Source: Promethearchaeia archaeon (GTDB lineage: Archaea; Asgardarchaeota; Lokiarchaeia; Sigyniarchaeales; SOKP01). From it: a DNA stretch of 64,000 nt. Positions 31,031 to 41,209 of the stretch are shown one piece after another. The DNA lies in NCBI GenBank assembly GCA_029856125.1, contig JAHQWJ010000062.1, forward strand, positions 64,001 through 128,000, in the 5' to 3' direction. The notes beneath the pieces are model-generated. The model was not told where the DNA came from, searched no databases, and saw only the letters and a program-made list of their open reading frames with translations. Both the position numbers and the translations under genes were made by a program. Each line of letters opens with the position of its first letter. Position 1 is the first letter of the stretch.

Positions 31031-31178
31031 TTTTCTTACCTTTGAATAGTGTTTAAAGAATCGTAAAGAAATTAATAAGAAAAATTATCAAGGATCGAAA
31101 TTTTAAAAATGTAAGAAAGAAAAATCAAACTTATACAATATAATTTTTAGAAAATTTGTAAATTATAAGGAATATTTC

Positions 31179-32078
31179 ATGACATTTTGCGAACATTGTG
31201 GTGAAAAAATAAACTTCTTACCATTTAAGTGCAAGTATTGCGGAGGAGCTTATTGTAAAGAGCATCGCTTACCTGAAAATCATCAATGTACTTTCGAACT
31301 AAAACATGTCCAGAATACATTTTCAGGCTTAGGAGAAACGCCATCAAAAAGTGGTTCATCGCGTAGAACTTCAAGGAATTTCAAGAAATATATGAAAAGA
31401 CAAGATAAGCAGAAGCAGAAAACCACTAAGCTATATAAAAGTTATAATTTTGAACCTAATCAAAATAAAGGAACGAAAATCTTAATTATAGTGATAATTG
31501 TTTTATCTATTGCGAGTATATGGTATCCATTGTTTTTAACCTTAAGTAGGTTTAGTTTTTTAAATTTTTGGTTATGGACTTTTGTTACATCAGTATTTGT
31601 GAGTTATATTTCTGATTTGTTTGGATTATTTTTTCTATTTATCCTCATACTTTTTTTCTACATGATTATTAAAAATATTGAAAAGGCTTTTGGAACAAAA
31701 TTCTTATTGCGCTTGTATTTAACTTGCGCATTATTCTCTGGTTTGGTTTACTTTATATTATGGATTATATTGGAGATATTCTTAATACCTCCTGGGTTTG
31801 GAATAATAATTCCCTATGGTCTGGCCTCAGGTGCTTTATTGGGTGTTATATGTTTCATGATATTTATAAATTGGAACCGGCAAATGACATTTTTAATTTT
31901 TTTTATGCCGATAAGAATGAAAGGGAAAACCATTATAATCGTCTTAATATTAATAAAGTTAATTCCCGGTATACTGTTTGCTATTGACTATCCTCCAGCC
32001 CTATTAATTTATCTTCCTGATTTGGGGGGAATCCTCGCTTCATATCTCGTTTATAATTATAAATTGAAAAATCGATAG
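31179..32078 (+). CDS. AN1-type zinc finger fused to rhomboid-like membrane domain (probably inactive)
   Basis: CEHC...LPFKCKYCGGAYCKEHRLPENHQC, W.FVTS.F, IE..FG.KF and GLASGA. PDLGG replaces the catalytic HLGG. Confidence 0.75.
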   Translation: MTFCEHCGEKINFLPFKCKYCGGAYCKEHRLPENHQCTFELKHVQNTFSGLGETPSKSGSSRRTSRNFKKYMKRQDKQKQKTTKLYKSYNFEPNQNKGTKILIIVIIVLSIASIWYPLFLTLSRFSFLNFWLWTFVTSVFVSYISDLFGLFFLFILILFFYMIIKNIEKAFGTKFLLRLYLTCALFSGLVYFILWIILEIFLIPPGFGIIIPYGLASGALLGVICFMIFINWNRQMTFLIFFMPIRMKGKTIIIVLILIKLIPGILFAIDYPPALLIYLPDLGGILASYLVYNYKLKNR

Positions 32079-32179
32079 TTATTTATGATATTGTTATAAC
32101 TCAAATCCGAAAAAAATATCAACGAATAAACGCTATTTTTTTTATCATTATTGATTTATCTATTAATTGAGTTTTATTA

Positions 32180-32839
32180 ATGCCAGAAGAAGAGTTATCA
32201 AAAATAATTGAGTTAAATGAGGATTTAATTGAAAATAACGATAACTTAGCAGCTCAAAATAAAGAGATGCTCATAAAGTATAATATTCGTTCTTTTGATG
32301 TCGTTGGGGCTATAGGAGCTGGAAAAACAGCGCTTTTAGAGTCTATTTCTAAGAGGATTTCTAAAAATAAAAGAGTCTTAGTAATAAACGGAGATGTAAC
32401 TACGAGAATTGATGCTGATCGTATTGAAAAACATGGTGTAAAAACCATCCAGATAAACACCGGTAGGGAATGTGCTTTAAATTCTTATCACATTTCTCAA
32501 GTGATAAAGAATTCGGATTTAAGTGAATACGATGTAATTTTTATAGAAAATGTAGGAAATCTTATATGTCCTTCAGATTTTATTTTAGGCACTGATAAAA
32601 GAATAGTCGTTGTGTCTATTACAGAAGGGCCATGGGTTATTCGAAAGCATCCGATGTTGTTTAAATTTTCAGATGTAGCTATTATTAACAAAGTTGATCT
32701 GATCGATGTGATAGATGTAAATATTGAAGATATGATTAGCGATGCATTAGAAATAAATCCGAATATAAAAATATTTACAACCAGTGCAATTACAGAAGAA
32801 AACATACCCGAATTAATAAAAGAATTATTCTCCAATTAA
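32180..32839 (+). CDS. hypB: Hydrogenase nickel incorporation GTPase
   Basis: GAGKT, QINTG.EC, IENVGNLICP, S.TEG and NKVD motifs. Confidence 0.88.
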   Translation: MPEEELSKIIELNEDLIENNDNLAAQNKEMLIKYNIRSFDVVGAIGAGKTALLESISKRISKNKRVLVINGDVTTRIDADRIEKHGVKTIQINTGRECALNSYHISQVIKNSDLSEYDVIFIENVGNLICPSDFILGTDKRIVVVSITEGPWVIRKHPMLFKFSDVAIINKVDLIDVIDVNIEDMISDALEINPNIKIFTTSAITEENIPELIKELFSN

Positions 32840-32927
32840 TTAATAGAGATTGATAATAGATTGGTTAATTATTAAAAAAAAGTATAATAATAAAACAAAA
32901 AATATTTTTTATTGAAGGTGTTGAAAT

Positions 32928-33347
32928 ATCAGTCTAAGGCAATATAATACCGAATTAGGTTTATTGATTGATAAAATTGTTAAAGTTTATCTTGAAAATG
33001 ATAAATTCTTCGTAGGACAACTCAAAGGAGTTTCAGAGGACAGTAATCTTATTCTTACAAATGTTAAAAATGAAAAAGGTAAGGTTTTCCCAAAACTAAT
33101 GATTAGAAATACATATTATCATTATGTAACTGTTGAAGAAGAACCGTTTCCTATGGCCGCATTAGCAGACAGAATTGCAACAATTTTTTCAAAAGGGCAT
33201 GTAAATTACATTGAAGATCAAAACATCATTTCTATTTTAAATGGGAAAATTATCGTAAATGAAGACGGTGTGAGAGGTACTGGCCCTTCTGCCGATCGCG
33301 TAAAAAAAATTTACGACCAATTTAAAATCGATTTAGACAAGGAATAA
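32928..33347 (+). CDS. Sm-like (Lsm) protein with C-terminal domain, SmAP3-type
   Basis: Sm1/Sm2 motifs (VYLEN...GQL.GV...NLILTN) plus a C-terminal domain ending GVRGTGP.A.RV..IY. Likely start is ATC 32928; the track uses TTG 32964. Confidence 0.8.
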   Translation: MSLRQYNTELGLLIDKIVKVYLENDKFFVGQLKGVSEDSNLILTNVKNEKGKVFPKLMIRNTYYHYVTVEEEPFPMAALADRIATIFSKGHVNYIEDQNIISILNGKIIVNEDGVRGTGPSADRVKKIYDQFKIDLDKE

Positions 33348-33365
33348 GTAAATCTTTTTTTTTAC

Positions 33366-33890
33366 TTATGCTGTTTCTTTTTTTCTTTTAAAGGCTTCCA
33401 ATAAGCTTTTTAATTCAATATCTTTAATTATATTTTTTAATAGCGCTTTTCCCAATGGCGTTATTTTTAATATATTTAGATCTTCGATTTTCCTTAAATA
33501 ATCGTTTTCGATTAAAAATTTCATATCAGTATTCCATACTTCTTTAAAAATATCTTTTAGGTCATTCAGGTCTAAATTATCATCCAATTCTTTGCTAAGG
33601 GCGAGGATTAGAACGAGAGTTCCGTATTGCGATGGAGTAACTCTATCATCTTTCCCTTCAGAAGTTAAAATGTAATAATTTTGATCTAAGAACTTCGATT
33701 TAATAAATTCAAACCCTACATTCCTTAAACTTGAATAAACAGCGCTTATCACCTGTTCAAAATCCAAGTTCTTAGTTAAAATCAGGAGATCTTTTTCTCT
33801 AATCATTTTTTGGGGGCTTGTTAGAATAATTTTAGCAATATTTTTCACTATTTCTTCAAGGTTTTCAGGTTCCATTTGATCTCTCATCAT
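33366..33890 (-). CDS. Tandem winged-helix protein, KITE-like (Nse1/Nse3/ScpB/MksE-like)
   Basis: About 170 aa. L..VGFEF...YYIL, GTLVLILAL and LIENDYL....LKITPLGKA wing pattern. Overlaps the SMC-like gene stop by 4 nt. Confidence 0.5.
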   Translation of the reverse strand: MMRDQMEPENLEEIVKNIAKIILTSPQKMIREKDLLILTKNLDFEQVISAVYSSLRNVGFEFIKSKFLDQNYYILTSEGKDDRVTPSQYGTLVLILALSKELDDNLDLNDLKDIFKEVWNTDMKFLIENDYLRKIEDLNILKITPLGKALLKNIIKDIELKSLLEAFKRKKETA

Positions 33891-35512
33891 CTCTCATTTA
33901 CTTCTATAATTTTAAAATTATCGATATCTTTTTTCAACTCTAAGTTTGACATAAGCAATATAATACTCACATCAGATAAATTTTCGTCAGTTTTAAACAA
34001 GGGTATAATTTTCCTGATGGTTCTATAAATTGAACCACCTTTAGTATTATATACGGGGAGAATAAATAAATTTGAAAAAATAATATTTTTTGAATTTAAC
34101 AAAACTTTAAACGAGATAAAAAAACTAATAATGAAAAAAATTTTTTCAGGAGTGGTTAAATTCTCAAAATTTACATTAATTTTTGATTTTCTTGTGAAAT
34201 CCGTCTTTATCAGGAAAGCAGTGTTCATTTGGTTTGTAACGAGGTTAAATTGTACTTGGAGTTGAATTGTTTTTAGAAACTTATTCGTAATATTTTCAAT
34301 GTTTTTAATAAGATTCTCAAAAATATGAAACTGTTCAAAAAATTCTTCGATTTCTTCTTCATTTACGTTAATATTTATTTTTTCATAGTTATTTCTAAGG
34401 GTACCGTCAATTTCTTTAAACTTCTCTATCATTGTGGGCATATTACTTAGAAAGTTTTTCTTATTTAGATTGGGGGGAAACGATAAATTATCCAGTTCAG
34501 ATTCAACATCTCTTATTTCATGTTCAATCTCTAAATATGGTCTAATAGGTTGTGAAAGTAACTCTTCAGTCTTTCCAAATTGAATTTCTTCATTTTTACT
34601 AAGTTCCTTTCCATAATCGTTTTGAGCTTGTCTCAATCTTTTCTCTTCTTTGTTTATGGTTTCTAAAATTTCCTCATAATCATTTCTGTAAATTTCATAA
34701 TTTGGTAATAGCTCTTCGAATTCTGCTTGTGATTGTTTTGCTCTTAACCTAATCTGGTTACTTTCATATTGAGTTTCTTTTGCTTTTTTTTGAAGGGCTC
34801 TAATCTTCTCTGAATTCGTTAAATTTGTTTCAATACCAAACCTTAGAAAAGAATTATCTTCATTTTCTGTTTTTGATCCTTCTAATTGTCTAGTAATTTT
34901 ATTAATTTGATCAAAGCAATTTTTTTTAATTTGAGATTGTTCTTGAATTAGGGTTTTACAAGTTGTCAGATCTTTCTTGATTTTATCAATTTGATTTTTA
35001 CGTTGAAAATAATCTTCTTTGATGTAGGACAATTTCACCTTATTACTATTTATAGATTCGGTCAAACTTTTCATTAAATCTGCAATCGCTAAGATATCGC
35101 TTGAAGATTTACGAATTTTTGATAATTCTAACTCTTTAGACAGGAGTTTCTTTTTTGCTGAGAAATAAATTAACTTAAAGAGGGTATACAAAATTTCCAT
35201 ATTTTTACTAAATTTTAAGTAGATTTCTAGATTATTTTCAACGATCTTACTATAACCTGACAGGAGGTCGAGTATTTTCGTAAAATTTGTTAAGTCAGAT
35301 AAATTATTTGATTCGTTTGAAATTACATTAATAATTTTCTCTACTGGAATTAAATCCAGATTTTCTTGAATCTGAAGATAATCGTCACTATGATATTCGT
35401 GGAATTGATTAAGCTTAAATTTTCCTTGTATTAGAGTGAATCGATCTTCAATAAAAATCTTATTTTCCCCTACTTTAATCTCAGTCCTATTTTTATTAAT
35501 GAGTAGAATCAC
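33887..35512 (-). CDS. Degenerate SMC/Rad50-like coiled-coil protein
   Basis: N-terminal FTLIQG with no GKS/T, about 300 aa of heptad coiled coil, C-terminal FENLTTPEK..F (signature-like), and terminal beta-strands IILLM. Confidence 0.5.
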   Translation of the reverse strand: MILLINKNRTEIKVGENKIFIEDRFTLIQGKFKLNQFHEYHSDDYLQIQENLDLIPVEKIINVISNESNNLSDLTNFTKILDLLSGYSKIVENNLEIYLKFSKNMEILYTLFKLIYFSAKKKLLSKELELSKIRKSSSDILAIADLMKSLTESINSNKVKLSYIKEDYFQRKNQIDKIKKDLTTCKTLIQEQSQIKKNCFDQINKITRQLEGSKTENEDNSFLRFGIETNLTNSEKIRALQKKAKETQYESNQIRLRAKQSQAEFEELLPNYEIYRNDYEEILETINKEEKRLRQAQNDYGKELSKNEEIQFGKTEELLSQPIRPYLEIEHEIRDVESELDNLSFPPNLNKKNFLSNMPTMIEKFKEIDGTLRNNYEKININVNEEEIEEFFEQFHIFENLIKNIENITNKFLKTIQLQVQFNLVTNQMNTAFLIKTDFTRKSKINVNFENLTTPEKIFFIISFFISFKVLLNSKNIIFSNLFILPVYNTKGGSIYRTIRKIIPLFKTDENLSDVSIILLMSNLELKKDIDNFKIIEVNER

Positions 35513-35525
35513 TCCGCTTTAATAT

Positions 35526-36560
35526 TTAATCACTTTCAAAATGATCCTTAAACGTGTCATATTCTTTTTTTCTTTTTCTTTTTCTTTCTCTAATTAATTC
35601 TATTGGGTCTACACTGGAATCATCGAGAGAAACATGATGTTCATCTGATCTTTTATCCATTTGTTTTTTAAACATCTCAATTTTTTGAGAGATTTCTTCT
35701 GTTATTTCAAGTGTTTTCTCGTTTTCCGTATCACTAATGTCAGTCAATTTTTCACGCTTCTGTTTTCGCAATATTCTTTTAAATTCTTTATTTGATAATT
35801 TTAAATAACTATCATAAGATTCTGTTTGCTCTTCTTGTTGTTTTTTTAATTCTTCAATTTCTTGTCTTTTTATGTTTTTTACCAAGAGTTCTTTCTTCGA
35901 TTTTAATTCTTCTTCAGATAGTTTATGTTCAAGCGATTGAGTGAATTTAATATAAGTTATCTCGGGTGTAATATGAAACTGTTTTTTAAAATCTTCGATT
36001 ATGAAAGGTTCTACATTACGGGGTATTTTAGCCAGTTCCTTTTTTAATTTGTTCTGTAAATTTATTTTATAGTGTTCTCTCAGATTGTCAACAGATTTTA
36101 GAAAAAGGGTGTTCTGATTTAAGGAATCTATTAAATCAAGCCATTGTTTAACGCTAACAGAAGGAATGTGGGTAATTCTTTCAATTATTTTACTAATTTT
36201 TTTATTTTCAATAAAAGATAGGCCAATCTGTGTAAGAGAGTCATTGTCCAAATCAATGATTTTCAGTTTATCGTTAATTGATTTCTTGTATTTATTAATC
36301 AAATAGCTTTTTAACTTTAAAAATTTGTTAATGTTGTGCTTTGAGACAGTCTTTAAATTTTCGTTGATTCTCTCTACTAATTTAGTTAATTGTGTGAAAT
36401 CTTTTAAAAATAAATCGTTTCCGTCGTAAAATGAAGCTATCTGGTGCTCAGATTCTAAATTTTTTACTATATTTGATACTTGGTTGACCTTTCCTTGTAA
36501 ATTTTTAATGGGAGCGGTTAACTCCTTTATCTTTTCAAGGTTAAATAGTTCTGTTTCCAT
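35526..36560 (-). CDS. Hypothetical helical/coiled-coil protein
   Basis: 344-aa ORF with a charged C-terminal coil; in operon. Confidence 0.7.
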   Translation of the reverse strand: METELFNLEKIKELTAPIKNLQGKVNQVSNIVKNLESEHQIASFYDGNDLFLKDFTQLTKLVERINENLKTVSKHNINKFLKLKSYLINKYKKSINDKLKIIDLDNDSLTQIGLSFIENKKISKIIERITHIPSVSVKQWLDLIDSLNQNTLFLKSVDNLREHYKINLQNKLKKELAKIPRNVEPFIIEDFKKQFHITPEITYIKFTQSLEHKLSEEELKSKKELLVKNIKRQEIEELKKQQEEQTESYDSYLKLSNKEFKRILRKQKREKLTDISDTENEKTLEITEEISQKIEMFKKQMDKRSDEHHVSLDDSSVDPIELIRERKRKRKKEYDTFKDHFESD

Positions 36561-36607
36561 TTTATCAATTAAATTAAATTTTTTATTTAGTAATTAAAAA
36601 AAATATA

Positions 36608-37717
36608 TTATATCTCTGGAGGTCCTTTCATATTGCGTTTTTCCTGCTTAGTTCTCGAAGAGTTTAAAAAAAATTTCTTTGAATCGCTTAAATTATCTTG
36701 TCTTTCAACATGCATAGCGGTCCCTCCCACTAATTTTAGAGAATTGTAAAATAAATCGTAAGTTAAACGTTCTGTGTTAATAGCTTTTAAGAGTGAAACT
36801 TTTGTTCCTCTTTCAATATCTGAGCCTGAAAATCCTATTGTAAGCTCTAACAATCCCTTGTTTTTATTATTTTTATTGATTTCATCCCAAAGTAGAGTAT
36901 CACTAAATTCGGAAATTTCAAATCCTAGTTTATGCGTAAGATTACTATGTATCTTTTTAATCATCTCGTATTCTTCTGTTAAATTTGAATAAATTGAGTC
37001 ATCAACACCAATTTTCGCAATTTTAACTTTAGCGAGGAAGGATTCTATTATTTTTCTTCTCAGATGATAATCTGGGAATTCAAAACTAAAGTGAAATGTA
37101 AACCGCCTCCAAATTGCTGAATCTAATTGATTTTGATGATTTGTCGCCCCAAATATTGCTAAGGGTACTCCTTCATAATTTATTCTATCAATTACTTGTA
37201 AAAATGAAATAACGGCTCGTTTGATCTCACCTACTTCATGAATGTTTGACCTTTCGGAGCCTATAGAATCTATTTCATCAAAGAATAGGATAAAATTACC
37301 TCGTTCCTTTGCTATTTCTGCCGCAAGATCCACAACATTCCTAATTTGTTTTATAGTATCTCCTAACAAAGGAGAAACTAACCTATCAGTTTCTACTACG
37401 CATAAGGGAATATCATAATGTTTTGCAAACCCTCTTGTAAGAGAGGTTTTACCTGTTCCTGGAGGGCCATACAAGAGAACAGTCAAACTAGGGTTGAGTT
37501 TTGCTCCCTTTAATCGTTTACTAAATTCATAGTATTTCTTCAAAGCTTTAAAGAAGTCGTGTAAAATTTCTTTTTTATTCTCATTACCTAGAATATCATC
37601 GATTGATTCTTGTATTGTGGAAGGAAAATACACCGCGCCATATTTGCCTAACCTATTTTTAATGACATCTTCGGTAAAAGTTATCTCCTTGTCTCCATCT
37701 TCTTTAGAATTACTCAT
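36608..37717 (-). CDS. AAA+ ATPase (single classical AAA domain)
   Basis: LLYGPPGTGKT, FFDEIDSIG..R, ATN....LDSAIWRRF and GFSGSDI motifs. Confidence 0.9.
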   Translation of the reverse strand: MSNSKEDGDKEITFTEDVIKNRLGKYGAVYFPSTIQESIDDILGNENKKEILHDFFKALKKYYEFSKRLKGAKLNPSLTVLLYGPPGTGKTSLTRGFAKHYDIPLCVVETDRLVSPLLGDTIKQIRNVVDLAAEIAKERGNFILFFDEIDSIGSERSNIHEVGEIKRAVISFLQVIDRINYEGVPLAIFGATNHQNQLDSAIWRRFTFHFSFEFPDYHLRRKIIESFLAKVKIAKIGVDDSIYSNLTEEYEMIKKIHSNLTHKLGFEISEFSDTLLWDEINKNNKNKGLLELTIGFSGSDIERGTKVSLLKAINTERLTYDLFYNSLKLVGGTAMHVERQDNLSDSKKFFLNSSRTKQEKRNMKGPPEI

Positions 37718-37742
37718 TTTTCTCATCTCTTTTTATTCTAAT

Positions 37743-39050
37743 TTAGTTATTTTTTCTTTCTTTATCAAACTTTTTACAAAATTCTGCTATTTCTAAGATA
37801 AAATCTTTAAGGTTATCGATTTGAGACCCAATAAAGTTAAAAATTTCTTTTCTGTATTGCGGAGAATCCCGTATTTTCATTTTATCAATACCTAGATAGT
37901 TGGGAAAACAGAGAAGCTTCATCAAATAAGGTAAAATCTTCTCATTTGTTTGTAAATCCTTAAAGATAGGATAGAAAATGTTTTGGTCTGACAATTTCCA
38001 CTTCAATATACCCATATAAATCAAAAAAGCAAAATTCATTGAAATCCAATTTATTAATTCCCTCGATAAAAAACCTCTTCTCTGGGAAGAGAAAGCTAAA
38101 TAATAGAGAAACAAGCTTTCATTGCTTAGTTGAGGTATTAATCGTACTTTTCCATCAGATTGTGAATTTTTTCGGAAAAAATTATTTTCTGTTAGTAAAT
38201 CTACTAAGTCCTCGCTTGGAACAATAAAAATTCCGTCTATTATTCGCAATCCAAATCGTTCAGAAATTTTCTCGATAGCCTCTTCTTCTGCATTTGCTAT
38301 AGAATCAATATATGGTTCGAATACTTCAGATTTTAATATCATAGGCAGTTCTTGATTTTCTCTTTCAGGGAATTCTCCGAAATTTGGATCCAAATTAAAG
38401 AGTGATGTTATATTATTAATGATATTATAAACTTTAGGGGAAATTCCCGGAATTTCAAATAAATCAGAGGATTCTAATTTTTCTCGGTAATAAGTATGTG
38501 GTTGGAGCATATGTCTTTGACAATCGTACAAATCTGAAGAATAACCTAATAATTTACTATAGATAATGCTTAAATTTCTACCTCTCGGGAGGAGCCGTTC
38601 TTCAATGAACTTAACTAAAACATATAAAATGGTGTTTTCTAAATTTGTTTCGTCTGGATTTGTGATGTGTAACAAAACATTCAGAGCCCCGACTGATTCG
38701 TATAAGAATTCAATAATATAATCTTTAATATCAAGAATAGGTATTTGATTCCGATATTTAACTAAGAAATCTTTAATAATTTCATATATATTTGACCTGT
38801 ACATTGCGGAAAATTCTGATAAAGCTCTCACTTTTCTAAAATTTCGTTTTTCTTCTTCTTCTCGGATTTTATCTAGAATTTCTGTATCTAAAAGAAGGTC
38901 CGCATCCAAATCAATTATTATTCTTCTCGTTTCTCTTAGTATTGGACGCATATGAGTTAAAAACGTAAGGTACCTCGGTAAGATATCGGTCCACTTCTCC
39001 CTTTTTCTCCCAGGTCTAACATTCCTTGTCGTTTTTTTTTTATAACTCAT
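37743..39050 (-). CDS. Hypothetical protein
   Basis: About 435-aa ORF in operon, with a basic N-terminus. Confidence 0.75.
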   Translation of the reverse strand: MSYKKKTTRNVRPGRKREKWTDILPRYLTFLTHMRPILRETRRIIIDLDADLLLDTEILDKIREEEEKRNFRKVRALSEFSAMYRSNIYEIIKDFLVKYRNQIPILDIKDYIIEFLYESVGALNVLLHITNPDETNLENTILYVLVKFIEERLLPRGRNLSIIYSKLLGYSSDLYDCQRHMLQPHTYYREKLESSDLFEIPGISPKVYNIINNITSLFNLDPNFGEFPERENQELPMILKSEVFEPYIDSIANAEEEAIEKISERFGLRIIDGIFIVPSEDLVDLLTENNFFRKNSQSDGKVRLIPQLSNESLFLYYLAFSSQRRGFLSRELINWISMNFAFLIYMGILKWKLSDQNIFYPIFKDLQTNEKILPYLMKLLCFPNYLGIDKMKIRDSPQYRKEIFNFIGSQIDNLKDFILEIAEFCKKFDKERKNN

Positions 39051-39076
39051 AATTCTCACTCATTTTATCATTGTTA

Positions 39077-40216
39077 TTAACTTTCGTCGTAACCCACTAA
39101 GATTTCTGTGAAAATATTCGAAATTTCTACGAAAATTGGTATTTCTACTCTTACAAGTTGACCAAGGACCCATTTATTAACATCTTTAATCAAAAATCGT
39201 ATTTGATTATGGATTTTTTTATTTATATCTGAATCAATTATTTTAGACAACCATAGCCCGCCCCCTAATCTGTAAGCAATGATTTTAATTAAAGGTTCGA
39301 ACAACGGTTCTAAAACTTGTCTCATCATCCAAGATTTAGGAATTACACTCATAGTATCTGCATTGTAATTAGGATCGTTAAGGATGGGGTTTGTTTCATC
39401 TACAGATAATTTAGGTAAAAAACTTAACAGCAGTATTAATGCAAAAATGGCCGAAATACCGTTCAATGTATAAGATCCACCAATCTTATCTAAATCATCC
39501 CTATTAGTGGCCACATTCGCTAAGAACATACATATAAATACGTTTCTATCAAATGCTTCAGAAACGTACGTATATCCTAATTTTTCGTCTAGTATCAAAT
39601 ATTTCTCTTCAAGTATTTTAATAATCTTTTCCGGAAAAGTGTAAAAAGTGAATATTTTTTCTTCACTTTTTCTAACATCTTTTTCTATAATTAATTCTTT
39701 TGACACGAGACCAAATAATTTAACCAACTCTTCAAGTTGACTTTTAATATAATGTCGAGGTTTATTTGGGTCGCCAAACATCGCATAAAATTGATAATCA
39801 ACGATATGAAAGTCATTTCTTTTACTAAAAGCTTCAACCATTCTATCAATTACAGGTCCTTGAGTTCCCGTAGCAACAGCTTTAGCTTTTGATGCCACGA
39901 ATCCGTTTAACAGCTCGTTTATGATGAAATCCTGTTCGTGAGTACGAGATTTTATTATCTTTTGAAATGCTTCAGAAAAATCGTTTGTGTTAGGGAAAAA
40001 CGCGTTTTGAATTTTATCGTCAATGGATTTTAAGAAAATTTCACCATTATTTTTAGGAAAATGAAGCCTCATATTCTTTAACCTTTGTTTTAAAGCTTCT
40101 TTTGCACCAGGTATGTTTTCCACGTCTCGTTTTTCGAGCTCATCAATAGCCTTCTCTAAGCCCATCTCAAAGTCTTGAAGCAGTTCGTGCCAAGTGCTTT
40201 CTTGATTTCTTTCCAT
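39077..40216 (-). CDS. Hypothetical protein
   Basis: About 379-aa ORF. AGGTG SD precedes the ATG. Confidence 0.75.
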   Translation of the reverse strand: MERNQESTWHELLQDFEMGLEKAIDELEKRDVENIPGAKEALKQRLKNMRLHFPKNNGEIFLKSIDDKIQNAFFPNTNDFSEAFQKIIKSRTHEQDFIINELLNGFVASKAKAVATGTQGPVIDRMVEAFSKRNDFHIVDYQFYAMFGDPNKPRHYIKSQLEELVKLFGLVSKELIIEKDVRKSEEKIFTFYTFPEKIIKILEEKYLILDEKLGYTYVSEAFDRNVFICMFLANVATNRDDLDKIGGSYTLNGISAIFALILLLSFLPKLSVDETNPILNDPNYNADTMSVIPKSWMMRQVLEPLFEPLIKIIAYRLGGGLWLSKIIDSDINKKIHNQIRFLIKDVNKWVLGQLVRVEIPIFVEISNIFTEILVGYDES

Positions 40217-40250
40217 TTTGTTCACCTTAATGGTATGGTTTTTTTCAGTT

Positions 40251-41207
40251 TCACCAATTTAACTCTTGTTTTATTCTCTTTAATGCATTGATTAATGGCG
40301 TTACAAGTTTTTTATCATAGATATTAGGAGACGCTACCCCCCTTTGGGCTTTCCAGCCCATTTGGATTCCTTCACCTATTTCTCTCTGTCCGTACTTTAA
40401 TAGACTGCTTAAGTCTCGCATCCACCAATAAAATCTTAGCCATCGCTTATTAGGATTATCTTTAGCGTGAATAACTGCTAGTGCTTTCCACTCCCCCATT
40501 AACCATTTCACAGTTATACCGCTTACTGGCAGGTAATAATTGATTGGGAAATTAGTTTGAAAACGTAAATCCAACTCTGAAGATTGTATGTTAAAAATTG
40601 GTTGATTATACCCTTCCAGTATAACTATTTCACCACAATGTTGGCATTCGTAATGAGATTTCTTTTTTGACATTTTTTTTTGACATTTTGGGCAAGTTCG
40701 ATGTTCTAAAATTCTAAATTTGATTAAATCTAAGTATTTTTCCTTCTCTAGAGCATCTTTGGTTTTAGGTTCCTGCTTTACATATTTTCCGCCCCAAGTC
40801 CAAATATCGTCAAAATTATTATTAATTTTTTCTAATGTGACTATAAGGTTATTTAATACCTGTTTTTCATAGATTTTAAACATGCCAGCATGCTGAAAAC
40901 TTTTCCACCATGAGAGTCTCACGTATTTTTCGTCTTTTAAATAAGCACTATGACAGATTAACGCAGCAAACAAACGAGTTTCAGTTTTGCTTATTATAAT
41001 ACCTTGTTCGCACACTTCGTATTTTTTATTTATACTTGCAGTATTATGAAAATATTCTCCTTCTAGAAATTCTCCTTTTTCTACCTTTTTTATATCTTCA
41101 AGTTCAGCTTTTTCGTCTTTTTGCTTTACAATTTTTCGACATTGAGGGCATTGGTAAATTCCAGAAACCAAAGGCTCCATTTCGATGTTACACGCTGAAC
41201 ACTTCAA
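40251..41207 (-). CDS. Hypothetical protein with two zinc ribbons, each followed by a repeated beta-rich domain
   Basis: CSAC..CPQC and CPKC..CQHC. Repeats YVRLSWWK...KIYEK and WLRFYWWM...NIYDK. Confidence 0.7.
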   Translation of the reverse strand: MKCSACNIEMEPLVSGIYQCPQCRKIVKQKDEKAELEDIKKVEKGEFLEGEYFHNTASINKKYEVCEQGIIISKTETRLFAALICHSAYLKDEKYVRLSWWKSFQHAGMFKIYEKQVLNNLIVTLEKINNNFDDIWTWGGKYVKQEPKTKDALEKEKYLDLIKFRILEHRTCPKCQKKMSKKKSHYECQHCGEIVILEGYNQPIFNIQSSELDLRFQTNFPINYYLPVSGITVKWLMGEWKALAVIHAKDNPNKRWLRFYWWMRDLSSLLKYGQREIGEGIQMGWKAQRGVASPNIYDKKLVTPLINALKRIKQELNW

Positions 41208-41209
41208 AT

